From contig CAVOJR010000001.1 in the NCBI GenBank assembly GCA_963696295.1, positions 3,120,095 to 3,184,094 on the forward strand: a stretch of 64,000 nt of DNA, in the 5' to 3' direction. The notes under the pieces were generated by a model. The model was not told the DNA's origin and did not search any database. It was given only the letters and a program-made list of their open reading frames with translations. Position 1 is the stretch's first letter, and every line of letters begins with the position of its first letter. The translations under genes and the position numbers were made by a program. This document shows, piece by piece, positions 1-9,094 of the stretch. This stretch comes from an uncultured Chlamydiae bacterium. GTDB taxonomy: Bacteria > Chlamydiota > Chlamydiia > Chlamydiales > JAJFMB01.

Positions 1-2922
1 GGGGAGAGCAAGCGGCTGCCCGATGAACAGGTCGAAGTGATTGAATCGCTGTTCGACATCCTTCAGGATTACAGGGAAGATTTTCATTTCGAGCTGAACC
101 GGCAGCAATTTTTGTCCGAAAAGCGGTATCAGGAGATAGCGCCTGAATTAGCCGAAAAAATCGCCAGACGGCTCTCCCTCGACGCGGCCTTGATCCCTGA
201 CTTTAAGGAATTTGCAATTGGAAAGAAAACCCCCGACTGGCTGGAGGAGCACCCCGACAGGGGCAGGCTCAGCCTGGCGAAGGGATTGATCTGCCATCTC
301 TTAAAAAGCTCTCTTGAAGGCGCTGTGGAAGAAACATTCGGCCTGTCGAAACTCCATATCAGCTCCAAGGAGTACGCCATCCCTTACGCCAGGAGCAATA
401 CCCCGAAAGAGACCGCTCAATCCCCCTCTCAGTACAAAAATCCGCATGAAACCTTCACGAAAACCTATATCACCTACCTTTATCGGGGCTTGGAGCCCTC
501 CCAAGTAAAAACACTGATCACCACCTTAAAACAGGAGATGGAAACCTCCTTGGCCGATGGCGTCCCTCCGGCCGAATGCCCAGCGAATAAACTCTACCAA
601 AGCTTCTTTAAGGGGAAGGCGCCGAATATGCTCCTGCACCTCACCGATAAAGAAATCGACGAACTAACCGGCGACCTCAAGAAAAATCCCAAAGCGATTT
701 TCACCTATATCCGCTACGTTATCGCCCGGCAATTGCCCCTCTACCCGCTCCACTTCAAAAGCACGGCGCAAAACTTTTTAAGCCAATTCGCCAAATCGCT
801 CACCCTCTCGGCGACCCCGCCCGATGCGGTCAGCCACAACAAGGCGGCCAAATTTGTGCCGATGAAGGGGATCTCAGGAAAAGTCTCCTACCTCATGCTC
901 ACCAAGGGGGTGACCTGGCGCGTCGTCAAAGAGGAGCTCCCAAAAGAGGTGCTGCAAAGAGCGCAAGATTTCTCCCATAATGTCCGGGCGATCGTCGATA
1001 CCGGGGCTTTGTTTAAAGGGCTTTCCAACCGGGAAGTGGCCCTGGCGCTGAAAAAGGGGCTCCAGCAGCCTGAGATCGAAGGCTTTGTCTACTTCGACGA
1101 AAAAGGGGAAAAATTCAAAGTGCTCTACAAAAACAGCGACGAGCCGCAAGATCTGGAGGATTGCGAAATCCCCCCTGAGAAGCTGATCACCTACTACGAT
1201 CAAAGCCGCGCCTTGGGCAGCGATATCGCGCAGGCAGAAGACGCCGTCGCGCGAATCCTCATTGGCAAAGGCACAACTAAAGCCGCCGCCGGCCAGGGAA
1301 TGGGGCGGATGCGCAAGATCCACCAAAACCAGGGGGTGGAGTGGATGGTGCAGGCGCCGGTGGCCGAAGAGATCAAAAAATTATACGGCACTGACTCGCT
1401 AAAAGGGGAAGAAGGGGTTGGCTATATGATCGCCAATCAGGCCGAGGAGGAGGCGGACAACAATTACGAAGCGCTCACGCAGCAGATGGACAACGAGATC
1501 AGGAACGGGATGATGGATCAGCTGCTCAGCCAGGATGTCGGTCAGGCCCTCAATTATTTTGATCAATTTGAAGAGCACCTGGTGGGCGTGGAATCGACCG
1601 ATCCTTATGAGCTTTATGCCAAAGTTTCGCTCGATCGCGACCCCAGAACGCAGGTGAAAGAGGGGAAAACGGTCAAAGGGTGTCTCGAGGAACATCTCGA
1701 TCTCTGTCTTTCCAAGCTAGAGAGGATCAAAGGCTTAAAAGGGAAAGAGCAGATCAAACAGAGCCTGGAAGGCTACCGGGCAAAGTGCCGCGACAAAGAG
1801 ATCCCGCTGCCGGCAAAGGTTAAATCCCCCGCCATCGAATCGGGATTGGACTGCGAAGTCCTCCTCGACATCAATCAGCAGCTCGAGATGCAGCAGCAAG
1901 CGCAGATAGAAGAGGGAATGGCGATCAGAAAGCCCTGGAAATTCCCAGAGGAGCTCGATCTTTTTGCCACGGCTTTTGAGAAGACCGCATCGGTAAATCC
2001 TCTTCCAAACCTCTTCATTCAAGGCTTGAATATGGTTTACCGCACCTTCAATGCTCCTTACAGCGCAATAAAGACACGGCTCAATAGTGGTGACTTTATC
2101 GGCTGGAGTTCGCTCTTCATCGGACTGCCCTTTTACATTATAGAAAAAATCACTATCGATCCGATGAAGTGGGCCTGGAAGCATCTGTCGGGATCTTTGA
2201 GCGATCAGTGTTCGATCTACACTGTGGCGGATGTGATCCATACGCGGATAACCCCAAAATTATTGGGCTTCTTCAGCAAAAACCTGCTCGTTTCGAACAA
2301 TTTCTTCCGCGTGAAAGTGCACCTCGAAGAGACATACCCCGAGACCCCGTTCAGCCAAGAGCAAAAGCCCCTCTTCCACGTCCTCGTCATCCAGGACAAA
2401 GAGCAGCTGAAAATGATGCTGATCGATCAAAATGACAGCGCCTACTTCCACCGCAAGCTCCGGCGCGACTTCCTGCACACGCCCCAGGATGTTGCCGATA
2501 AAAGGGAGCGGAAACTGGCGATTTACGACTTGAGAAACGGGATCATCGTCCAAGGGAAGAATGGATTTACCGGCCTCGAAAAAAATCCCGCCTTCCAGGA
2601 GCTGCTTGTGCAGGCCAGGCTGCTCAACGGCGAAGTGCTCTTCAACCAGGAGGAGCTCGCCTTCATTGAAAAGAACAAAGTGGAGGGGCTGGGAGAATTT
2701 CTGCAGACCCACGTTTTAGTGCACCACACCCTGAATCGCAACCTCTACCCCCAAACGGCTTTGGGCAAGCTGCTCGGAGTCAAGAAAAAGCCCCCAGCCC
2801 CTGCCCCGAAAAAAGCCCCGCGCTTAAAATTCGGCGAATTGGGCGAGCGCCTCGTCCGGCCGGGCTTTTTCGACCCCGGGGCATTCCGCCCCTTGATTCA
2901 CTTCACCTGGCAGGATCAGTAA
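1..2922 (+). CDS. Large hypothetical protein, C-terminal ~970 codons (5' end outside window); SF2 helicase C-terminal-like motifs
   Basis: Frame 1 is open from nt 1 (GESKRLPDEQVE precedes the GTG at 37). Stop at 2920-2922. Nt ~1080-1320 encode EGFVYFDE (motif IV-like), ALGSDIAQ (motif V-like) and AGQGMGRMRK (QxxGRxxR, motif VI-like). I do not recognise the remaining ~530 aa. Confidence 0.6.
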   Translation, partial: GESKRLPDEQVEVIESLFDILQDYREDFHFELNRQQFLSEKRYQEIAPELAEKIARRLSLDAALIPDFKEFAIGKKTPDWLEEHPDRGRLSLAKGLICHLLKSSLEGAVEETFGLSKLHISSKEYAIPYARSNTPKETAQSPSQYKNPHETFTKTYITYLYRGLEPSQVKTLITTLKQEMETSLADGVPPAECPANKLYQSFFKGKAPNMLLHLTDKEIDELTGDLKKNPKAIFTYIRYVIARQLPLYPLHFKSTAQNFLSQFAKSLTLSATPPDAVSHNKAAKFVPMKGISGKVSYLMLTKGVTWRVVKEELPKEVLQRAQDFSHNVRAIVDTGALFKGLSNREVALALKKGLQQPEIEGFVYFDEKGEKFKVLYKNSDEPQDLEDCEIPPEKLITYYDQSRALGSDIAQAEDAVARILIGKGTTKAAAGQGMGRMRKIHQNQGVEWMVQAPVAEEIKKLYGTDSLKGEEGVGYMIANQAEEEADNNYEALTQQMDNEIRNGMMDQLLSQDVGQALNYFDQFEEHLVGVESTDPYELYAKVSLDRDPRTQVKEGKTVKGCLEEHLDLCLSKLERIKGLKGKEQIKQSLEGYRAKCRDKEIPLPAKVKSPAIESGLDCEVLLDINQQLEMQQQAQIEEGMAIRKPWKFPEELDLFATAFEKTASVNPLPNLFIQGLNMVYRTFNAPYSAIKTRLNSGDFIGWSSLFIGLPFYIIEKITIDPMKWAWKHLSGSLSDQCSIYTVADVIHTRITPKLLGFFSKNLLVSNNFFRVKVHLEETYPETPFSQEQKPLFHVLVIQDKEQLKMMLIDQNDSAYFHRKLRRDFLHTPQDVADKRERKLAIYDLRNGIIVQGKNGFTGLEKNPAFQELLVQARLLNGEVLFNQEELAFIEKNKVEGLGEFLQTHVLVHHTLNRNLYPQTALGKLLGVKKKPPAPAPKKAPRLKFGELGERLVRPGFFDPGAFRPLIHFTWQDQ

Positions 2923-3043
2923 CACTCGAATTTTTTTCCGTTTGTGTCGACCAGGCGTTCGCCGCGTAGTTCTTCGAGCCTACCTAGGTAATTCAAAGTT
3001 GAATTTGGAAGCGGTTGCAATTGTTAAGAAAATATAAATTAAC

Positions 3044-3072
3044 TTCACATTTACGATTCATTGATTTATAGT
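3044..3072 (+). promoter_or_regulatory. Sigma-70-like promoter for the coiled-coil ORF
   Basis: TTCACA (3044-3049), 17-nt spacer, TATAGT (3067-3072). AGGAG at 3086-3090 and ATG at 3097 follow. Confidence 0.4.
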
Positions 3073-3096
3073 ATTCGAATAATTTAGGAGTGCACT

Positions 3097-4065
3097 ATGA
3101 GTTACAATGGTATAAATGGTGGTGAAGTTGTCAGATACTACAGCAACAACAACAATTCGAATAATAATAATGGCGATCAACAAGTCCAGGGAAATGGGGT
3201 GTCTTATACGCTATTGTCTGTGGAAGAAGAATCAAAAGTAAAAGAAAGACTTCAGGCTATCAGTAAATTGATAGAACTGGAACAAGATGAGGGCCAAAAA
3301 AGGGCATACCGTCTTCACTATAAAGCAGAAGTGGCTAAAGAACTTGAAAGCAATCTTGCAAAAGCCATTTTGAATGAACAAAGCGCAAAGGCTAAATTTG
3401 ATGATTTTTTAGATCGACATGCACAATTGGAGATAGAAAAACATAGACAGGAATTAGCTAATCAACAATTGCAAGAAAGAATTGATGGTGAAGCTAAAAA
3501 GAGAGCTGAAGTCGAAGATGAATTGAATGCCCTCACTCCCTTACTTTTTAAACTAAACAAAACGAACCAACAGGCAACAGCAGAATTGGATCAAACAAAG
3601 TCCTCTTTAGAAAGCGAAGGCCAAAAGAGAAAAGTTGCAGAAGCTGAATTGATTCAAACTCGGTCCTCTTTAGAAAAAAAAGTCAAAAAGATAAAAGTTG
3701 TAGAAGAAGAATTGACTCAAACAAGGTCCTTATTAGAAAATGAAGGCACATCGAGGCAAAACTTTGAAAATGAATTAAGAGCAGCAATATCCTCATTAGA
3801 TTCTCAGAAAATTGCGCGAAAAGTTGCTGAGGCAAAACTTGTCGAAGCAATTGCTCAGATCGAAGAAGATAAGAAAAGAATTGATACCCTCGAAAAGGAA
3901 AAAAAGAAAATCGTTTCTCAGCATGAAGAAACTCAAAGTCAATTGAAACAAACAAAAGCAGCTCTTTGTAAAAGTCAAAAAGCTCTTGAAGATGAAAGGG
4001 CAATGAGAGCTGAGCTTGAGCAAAAAATCCAGAAGTTTATCAATCAATTCCAATTTAAAAAGTGA
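3097..4065 (+). CDS. Coiled-coil protein with N-terminal Asn-rich tract (candidate secreted/effector-type protein)
   Basis: AGGAG RBS 7 nt upstream. NNNNSNNNNG run near the N-terminus. E/K/Q/L-rich heptad-like sequence throughout. Three 21-aa repeats L(D/I/T)QT(K/R)S(S/L)LE... at 3586-3648, 3649-3711 and 3712-3774. AT-rich relative to flanking core genes. Confidence 0.75.
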   Translation: MSYNGINGGEVVRYYSNNNNSNNNNGDQQVQGNGVSYTLLSVEEESKVKERLQAISKLIELEQDEGQKRAYRLHYKAEVAKELESNLAKAILNEQSAKAKFDDFLDRHAQLEIEKHRQELANQQLQERIDGEAKKRAEVEDELNALTPLLFKLNKTNQQATAELDQTKSSLESEGQKRKVAEAELIQTRSSLEKKVKKIKVVEEELTQTRSLLENEGTSRQNFENELRAAISSLDSQKIARKVAEAKLVEAIAQIEEDKKRIDTLEKEKKKIVSQHEETQSQLKQTKAALCKSQKALEDERAMRAELEQKIQKFINQFQFKK

Positions 4066-4165
4066 ATGAAAGATTTAGGTCAAATATTCATCATTCATTC
4101 GTTGCGTCTTTTACTCTGCTTGTAAAGGGGATTTTGAGTTATGAACCAAAAAAATAAGGATTAAA

Positions 4166-5635
4166 ATGAACGGAATAAACCCTTGGGAAAAGACAACAAA
4201 ACCTTTGCAGGTACCGGCAGGGTTTTATTCCTCCCTTCGGAAAATCAACACAACTAAAGTCGACAGAGCGACATCGCCGATTTTCGATGTCCAAGGAAAC
4301 CTCTTATGTGAAGGTATGAGCCAAAAAAAAGCAACTAAAGTCGACAGAGCGACGTCCCCGATTTTCGATGTCGAGGGAAATCTCTTATGCCACGACTTTA
4401 ACAGACTAACGACAAGCGGCTCTGTTATCGATTTCATTGACAAGACCAATTTCGATGCTTTTGAAGCGACTGACCTCTTCAAATTATGCAGTATGGCAAC
4501 AACAATTTTATTGGATGAGGCTCTTTCAAAAACATTAAAAAAACTGAAGTATGAGATATTGAAAAAGATCGATCAATTCTCTCTGCCGGAAATCAGCCAA
4601 ATGACTCTGGATTTGAGTAAAATTAACCTCCTGGATAAGGGGCTTATGTACGCGATTTCAAATCAGGTAGTGGCAAAGCAAGCCGGCTTGAACAGGGAAC
4701 AATTTTTCCAAATCATCTCAACATTCGAAAAATTAAAATTTGCTAACATCGAATTTTTCATCATGATGGCAAAATTTGCCGTTGAACAGATACCCGACTG
4801 TTCCGGAGAAGAACTTACCAAAATCGCCTCCGCTTATGCCTTTGTTTTAGCTGAAGTTCAGAACAGCCAAAATGCCGGAGTGCTGAAAAACCATGCCCGC
4901 GCTATTTGGCTTGAAATACAAAAAAAAGGTCTTGAACTTTCCCTCCCTCCTTCAGCCGTACAATTATTCGAAGATACTTTAAATGTTAATCCGATAAAAA
5001 ATCAATTAATGACCACTGATGAGCTGGGCTTAATTTTCCTTCTCTGCAGAGAAAATATTTTAGACACGGATCTGCTCGTTACCACGCTGCAACGGTTGGC
5101 AATATTAAACAAACCGGTGGCTGTATATGATAGGGAAATATTTAATAGATTGGTAATGAATGGGATGGATTTGATTCAGCAAAGCGGATTGTATGCGGAT
5201 CATCTTTGCGGCCTCGCTTATGCGCTTGTACGACTGGATAAATATGATGAAGATATGTTATCTCGGGTTGAAAGCCGCGCTCTGGCATTGGTTTCAACTT
5301 TCAACGCCAGACATTTTGGCGACATCACTTCTGCTTTGTGCCAATCAAGATTTCCCAAGCGCAAATTTTTCAATACGGTTGCCCCTTTTATTCTGAAACA
5401 GCTCCGTACGGCAACTGATACCGATTTGGCCCAGATAGCCATCGCCTATGAGGTGTTCCAACAAAATTCTTCGGTTTCTTTTGCGATTCTCGTTGAGATA
5501 GACAGGAGATGGGAGGAATTTAAGCAAGACAGAGATTTCATCAATATGGCTATAGAAAGCGCCGCCGCAAACCTCAAGGGTTTGAATAAAGAGGAACAAG
5601 CGATTGCTGCAGGAATTTTGCAATCCTTTGCCTAG
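4166..5635 (+). CDS. Alpha-helical repeat protein, FAST-kinase/OPR/heptatricopeptide-like pattern; N-terminal 27-aa duplication
   Basis: Long ORF. Direct 81-bp duplication (4251-4331 / 4332-~4395) encodes TKVDRATSPIFDV(Q/E)GNLLC twice. The downstream part has repeated ~36-38-aa units of the type f..eel..ia.Aya.l.....d..l, for example LTKIASAYAFVL, LCGLAYALVRLDKYDEDML and LAQIAIAYEVF. Confidence 0.7.
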   Translation: MNGINPWEKTTKPLQVPAGFYSSLRKINTTKVDRATSPIFDVQGNLLCEGMSQKKATKVDRATSPIFDVEGNLLCHDFNRLTTSGSVIDFIDKTNFDAFEATDLFKLCSMATTILLDEALSKTLKKLKYEILKKIDQFSLPEISQMTLDLSKINLLDKGLMYAISNQVVAKQAGLNREQFFQIISTFEKLKFANIEFFIMMAKFAVEQIPDCSGEELTKIASAYAFVLAEVQNSQNAGVLKNHARAIWLEIQKKGLELSLPPSAVQLFEDTLNVNPIKNQLMTTDELGLIFLLCRENILDTDLLVTTLQRLAILNKPVAVYDREIFNRLVMNGMDLIQQSGLYADHLCGLAYALVRLDKYDEDMLSRVESRALALVSTFNARHFGDITSALCQSRFPKRKFFNTVAPFILKQLRTATDTDLAQIAIAYEVFQQNSSVSFAILVEIDRRWEEFKQDRDFINMAIESAAANLKGLNKEEQAIAAGILQSFA

Positions 5636-5740
5636 CTTGGTTGAAAGTTTGACCGTTTGAACCATGCCTGCAGTTTCAGCCTGTTAAGTGGCAAGAAAAC
5701 AAGTTTCCCTGTATTATTTTCCTTAATATCAGGGAGATTT

Positions 5741-6616
5741 ATGTCTGACCCATTATCTGTGGAAACATGGACTCAGCGCGCAAAAAGGCATGCGGCCCGG
5801 GTCAGCCCTCACGCCGATGCTTTTTTAAAACGGCGCATGGCGGGAGAGACACATGCGGTGCATGATTTTTTATTCACTTACTACAGTTGTTCCCCGCAAA
5901 AACTGAAACAATGGGTGCCCTCGATTGAGGAAGAGCTGGTTGTTTCTGGCCAGATTCTTGAAGAGTACCCCTGGCTGAACGCCTATTGGTTTTGCCTGAA
6001 AAAGGATGTATTATTCCTGAACAGAGAAAAAATGACCGGTACAACCCGCGGACTCGCCTCTTTTATCGCTGAGCTCTGCGGCAATATTTCCCTGCGCCCG
6101 CCCCGTTTTGGCTGTTTTGGCCTGCATGAGTGGGCGATGGTTTATAAATTATCCTCAGAGGAGCTCCGGCATAAAAAGCATCGCCTCCGGCTCTCTTCCG
6201 ATGAGTTGGCCGCCTTTGTGGAAAGTCAAACCATATGTTGCTCCCATTATGACGCTTATCGTTTCTTTACCAAAGAGGCGCATCCGCTGAACACATTAAA
6301 TCCACTGCTGGAAACGCGGCTTAATATGGAGCAGGGAGGGTGTGTGCACGCCAATATGGATCTATATAAGTGGGCTGCGAAGCTTTGGCCCTGGATCGGC
6401 TCCGACTTCCTGGCTAAGGCTTTTGCCTTAGCTCTTGAAGGGCGGGAATTGGATATGCGGGCGAGCCCCTACGATTTGCAAGCGGAGGGGTATCTGCCTA
6501 TCTGCATAGAAACCGAGGAGGGGCGCAGGCAATACCAAAAAGAACAGCAGCTCTACGCCGAGCGCGCGACAGCTTTACGGGAAGAGCTCTGCCTCTTTTG
6601 CGGGCTATTGGTTTAA
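5741..6616 (+). CDS. Conserved hypothetical protein (HDFLFTYYS motif family; from memory often database-labelled 3-methyladenine DNA glycosylase-like)
   Basis: AGGGAG at 5731-5736 then ATG at 5741. The listed ORF start at 5657 has no RBS and adds a hydrophobic junk-like leader. Motifs HAVHDFLFTYYSCSP and FGCFGLHEWAMVY. GC content resembles the core genes. Confidence 0.6.
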   Translation: MSDPLSVETWTQRAKRHAARVSPHADAFLKRRMAGETHAVHDFLFTYYSCSPQKLKQWVPSIEEELVVSGQILEEYPWLNAYWFCLKKDVLFLNREKMTGTTRGLASFIAELCGNISLRPPRFGCFGLHEWAMVYKLSSEELRHKKHRLRLSSDELAAFVESQTICCSHYDAYRFFTKEAHPLNTLNPLLETRLNMEQGGCVHANMDLYKWAAKLWPWIGSDFLAKAFALALEGRELDMRASPYDLQAEGYLPICIETEEGRRQYQKEQQLYAERATALREELCLFCGLLV

Positions 6617-6667
6617 TTTCGTCCCGTGGCCTTTCCGAAATGCCATGCGGACGAAAATAAACCCCTA

Positions 6668-6964
6668 TTATTCTCTGATCCCAGAAGTAAGAAAATTTCT
6701 ACCAATAATCACTACCCTGTTAGCGTAATTGAAAAGTTTCTCCCTAACTTGTTTATCCGAAGATATTGAATAAATGATGTCTTTCAGATCTTCTGCTAAA
6801 CGTTGAAATTTTGCTTTGTCGTTACGACAGTTGAATCCCATTTCCAAACAAATAGCATTCACTTTTTTAGCGAGTTCTTCCCGATATTCTCCAACATCAT
6901 AGGCAACAAGCGCCTCAGCAATCCCGTAAGAAGCATATGCTTCACAAGCCAACATAGTGTTCAT
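6668..6964 (-). CDS. Hypothetical 98-aa protein
   Basis: ORF in an AT-rich region with only a weak RBS (AAGAGA). No recognisable motif. Confidence 0.45.
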   Translation of the reverse strand: MNTMLACEAYASYGIAEALVAYDVGEYREELAKKVNAICLEMGFNCRNDKAKFQRLAEDLKDIIYSISSDKQVREKLFNYANRVVIIGRNFLTSGIRE

Positions 6965-7208
6965 TTTTTTCTCTTGATAAGGTTAATTGATTTGCATAGG
7001 AGAAAAGAGAATAACATAGAAGAAACTAATAAATCAACTTGATAGACTGAGTAAACGATCGGGCCAGGAATGGGCCAGTCGTATCTGCCTATCGCAAATA
7101 ACATCCGAGCGAATGCATTACGGGATGTTAAATTATTTCTTTATATTATATTTAAAATAATTTAATAAATGACTGCTATAATTATATTTTAAACCAAAGA
7201 GGTGTAAA

Positions 7209-7565
7209 ATGACTGTACAAAATCATATTCATTCACAGACGCCAGGTAACCAAGAGTATACCAAGGCCAAATTCCTGACAAATGCCTGGCAGGAGAATAA
7301 GAAACTCACCCAAGCTCTAGCTGAGCAAGGAGCGCATTATATTGCAAAAGCAAATACCCCTCCTCCTCCGCCGCCCGCTTCAATGAAGCCAAAAAACGTG
7401 CAAGCGATGAAATTGCCCCAAACGCCCCCACATTCGGAATCAAAAAATGTGCAAACAATGAAATTGCCGGAATCAAAAACAGCCTACTTTGAAGCTTTAG
7501 CAACCAAAGTCAAAGAGAGCGCGCGGGAGCTGTTTTCCTTTGATTGGCTTTTCAATCGAGCCTAA
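7209..7565 (+). CDS. Hypothetical Pro-rich 118-aa protein
   Basis: AAAGAGG RBS before the ATG. PPPPPP tract. Short internal duplication KNVQ(A/T)MKLP(Q/E). Confidence 0.55.
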   Translation: MTVQNHIHSQTPGNQEYTKAKFLTNAWQENKKLTQALAEQGAHYIAKANTPPPPPPASMKPKNVQAMKLPQTPPHSESKNVQTMKLPESKTAYFEALATKVKESARELFSFDWLFNRA

Positions 7566-7660
7566 CTCAAGAAAAAAAGTGCAAATTCGCTGGCGGTTAG
7601 TCCAAAAAGCCGCCAATTAAAATTCTTGGGGAAGTAGTTTGGAACCGTAGCGTTGTATAA

Positions 7661-9094
7661 TTAGCTGCTTAGTTGAAAAACACCCGCGTTGACTAAATGG
7701 GCAATCACATTGGCATCGCGGTCCAACTTTTCCCGGGCGGTATCGAAAATAAGCTGTTTGCTGTAGCCTGTTTTTATTTCCCGGGCGACTCTCCAGTTCC
7801 ATATTTTGAAGCCCTCCTCATAGATGGCGTCCGACATGGCCATTTGATCGGTGTCGGCTCCATGGGTATGGGTCAGGCCAAAATCGGGAGCGACGATATT
7901 CGTGTACAAATAGTAGTTGTGCTTGTCGGCTGGATTGAGGAAATCGTTCATCAGCCTCTCGATATTGGGAAAATACTTAACAATCGGATAGGCGTTTTTG
8001 GGGACAAAATGTTTATCCAGGGCCTTTTCAAAAATCTGATCGCGGCATTTTTGCAAGGCGTACTTGAGGGGGTCTTGGGCTGTGATATTCTCAGCGTATA
8101 TCGCATCCACTTCCCAAATCACCGCTCCCGAATAGCCATAAGCCGAAAGCCCAAGCCGCGTCAAAATTTCACTTTTCTTCTCATCGCCGGCTGTTTTTAA
8201 AAAGGTGAGGATATGGGCTAATTTTTTTTGCAGCGTCTCATATTCTTTTGGCTCGGAGTTCTGCAAGGTTCCTTGTTGAATGAGATCGAGCCCCTTCAGT
8301 ATCGCTGCAGGCTCTACTTGGCGCTCAGGGTTTCGCTTATGAAATTCCCGCCATTCCAGGCTCTTGGAAAATGGTTCCGTAAGAGCTATTTTAGACCAGT
8401 CAACCTGATGATAAAATTCGCTTAACCGGCTATCTTGCGAAATGGGGGAAACAATCTCCGAAAGGTGATACGGGGAAATTTCGACCAGGTCCAGGGTCAA
8501 TGGGCGGCTTATGTCTACCGGCTGAGGCTTTTTCACTTGTTTGGTGTTTCTGAGATTTAAGGCTATCTCTATTATGGCGAGCCCCTTTTTGAGGGCGCAG
8601 TCCTGAAATAAAGCCGAGATGCCGGCAATCATGAAGGCGTTTTTATCCAGCGCGCTTCGCACGGTATAGGGAAGAAGGCGGGCCCGGCTCATGGCTCCGA
8701 CCCCTAACATGAAAAGAGTTGCCCCGCCTAAAGCGGCGTTCCCGAGGACGATCAAGGCCGCTGATGAGACCGCCGTTGAGACGATGGCTACTGTCCCCAG
8801 CGAGTCGTGCAAGCGGAGCAGCTTGGGGTTTTTCACCAGGTGCGCCGCAAAGGTGACGGCGCCCGGCAGCGCCAGGAGGGAATATTTGAGGGGCGTATAA
8901 AAGGCCGGCTGTTTCTTTCCGAGCGATTCAAACACACGCTCGACGCTTTCCAGCGCTTGTTGGACGCTTAGCGTTTGGATTAAGGCGGGCACAATACGGC
9001 GCCCCCCTTTCCGCTGAACACCCTCTTCGATCCGCCCGAGATTTAGTTCGTGGCCGATGCTGATCCCTTCAAAAAAGGGTTTTAAAACCTGCAT
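7661..9094 (-). CDS. Hypothetical membrane protein with paired hydrophobic segments (Inc-like topology)
   Basis: 477-aa ORF. Two long hydrophobic stretches (LLALPGAVTFAAHLV ... TVAIVSTAVSSAALIVLGNAALGGATLFMLGVGAM) lie in the N-terminal third, followed by a ~300-aa soluble domain. Confidence 0.7.
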   Translation of the reverse strand: MQVLKPFFEGISIGHELNLGRIEEGVQRKGGRRIVPALIQTLSVQQALESVERVFESLGKKQPAFYTPLKYSLLALPGAVTFAAHLVKNPKLLRLHDSLGTVAIVSTAVSSAALIVLGNAALGGATLFMLGVGAMSRARLLPYTVRSALDKNAFMIAGISALFQDCALKKGLAIIEIALNLRNTKQVKKPQPVDISRPLTLDLVEISPYHLSEIVSPISQDSRLSEFYHQVDWSKIALTEPFSKSLEWREFHKRNPERQVEPAAILKGLDLIQQGTLQNSEPKEYETLQKKLAHILTFLKTAGDEKKSEILTRLGLSAYGYSGAVIWEVDAIYAENITAQDPLKYALQKCRDQIFEKALDKHFVPKNAYPIVKYFPNIERLMNDFLNPADKHNYYLYTNIVAPDFGLTHTHGADTDQMAMSDAIYEEGFKIWNWRVAREIKTGYSKQLIFDTAREKLDRDANVIAHLVNAGVFQLSS

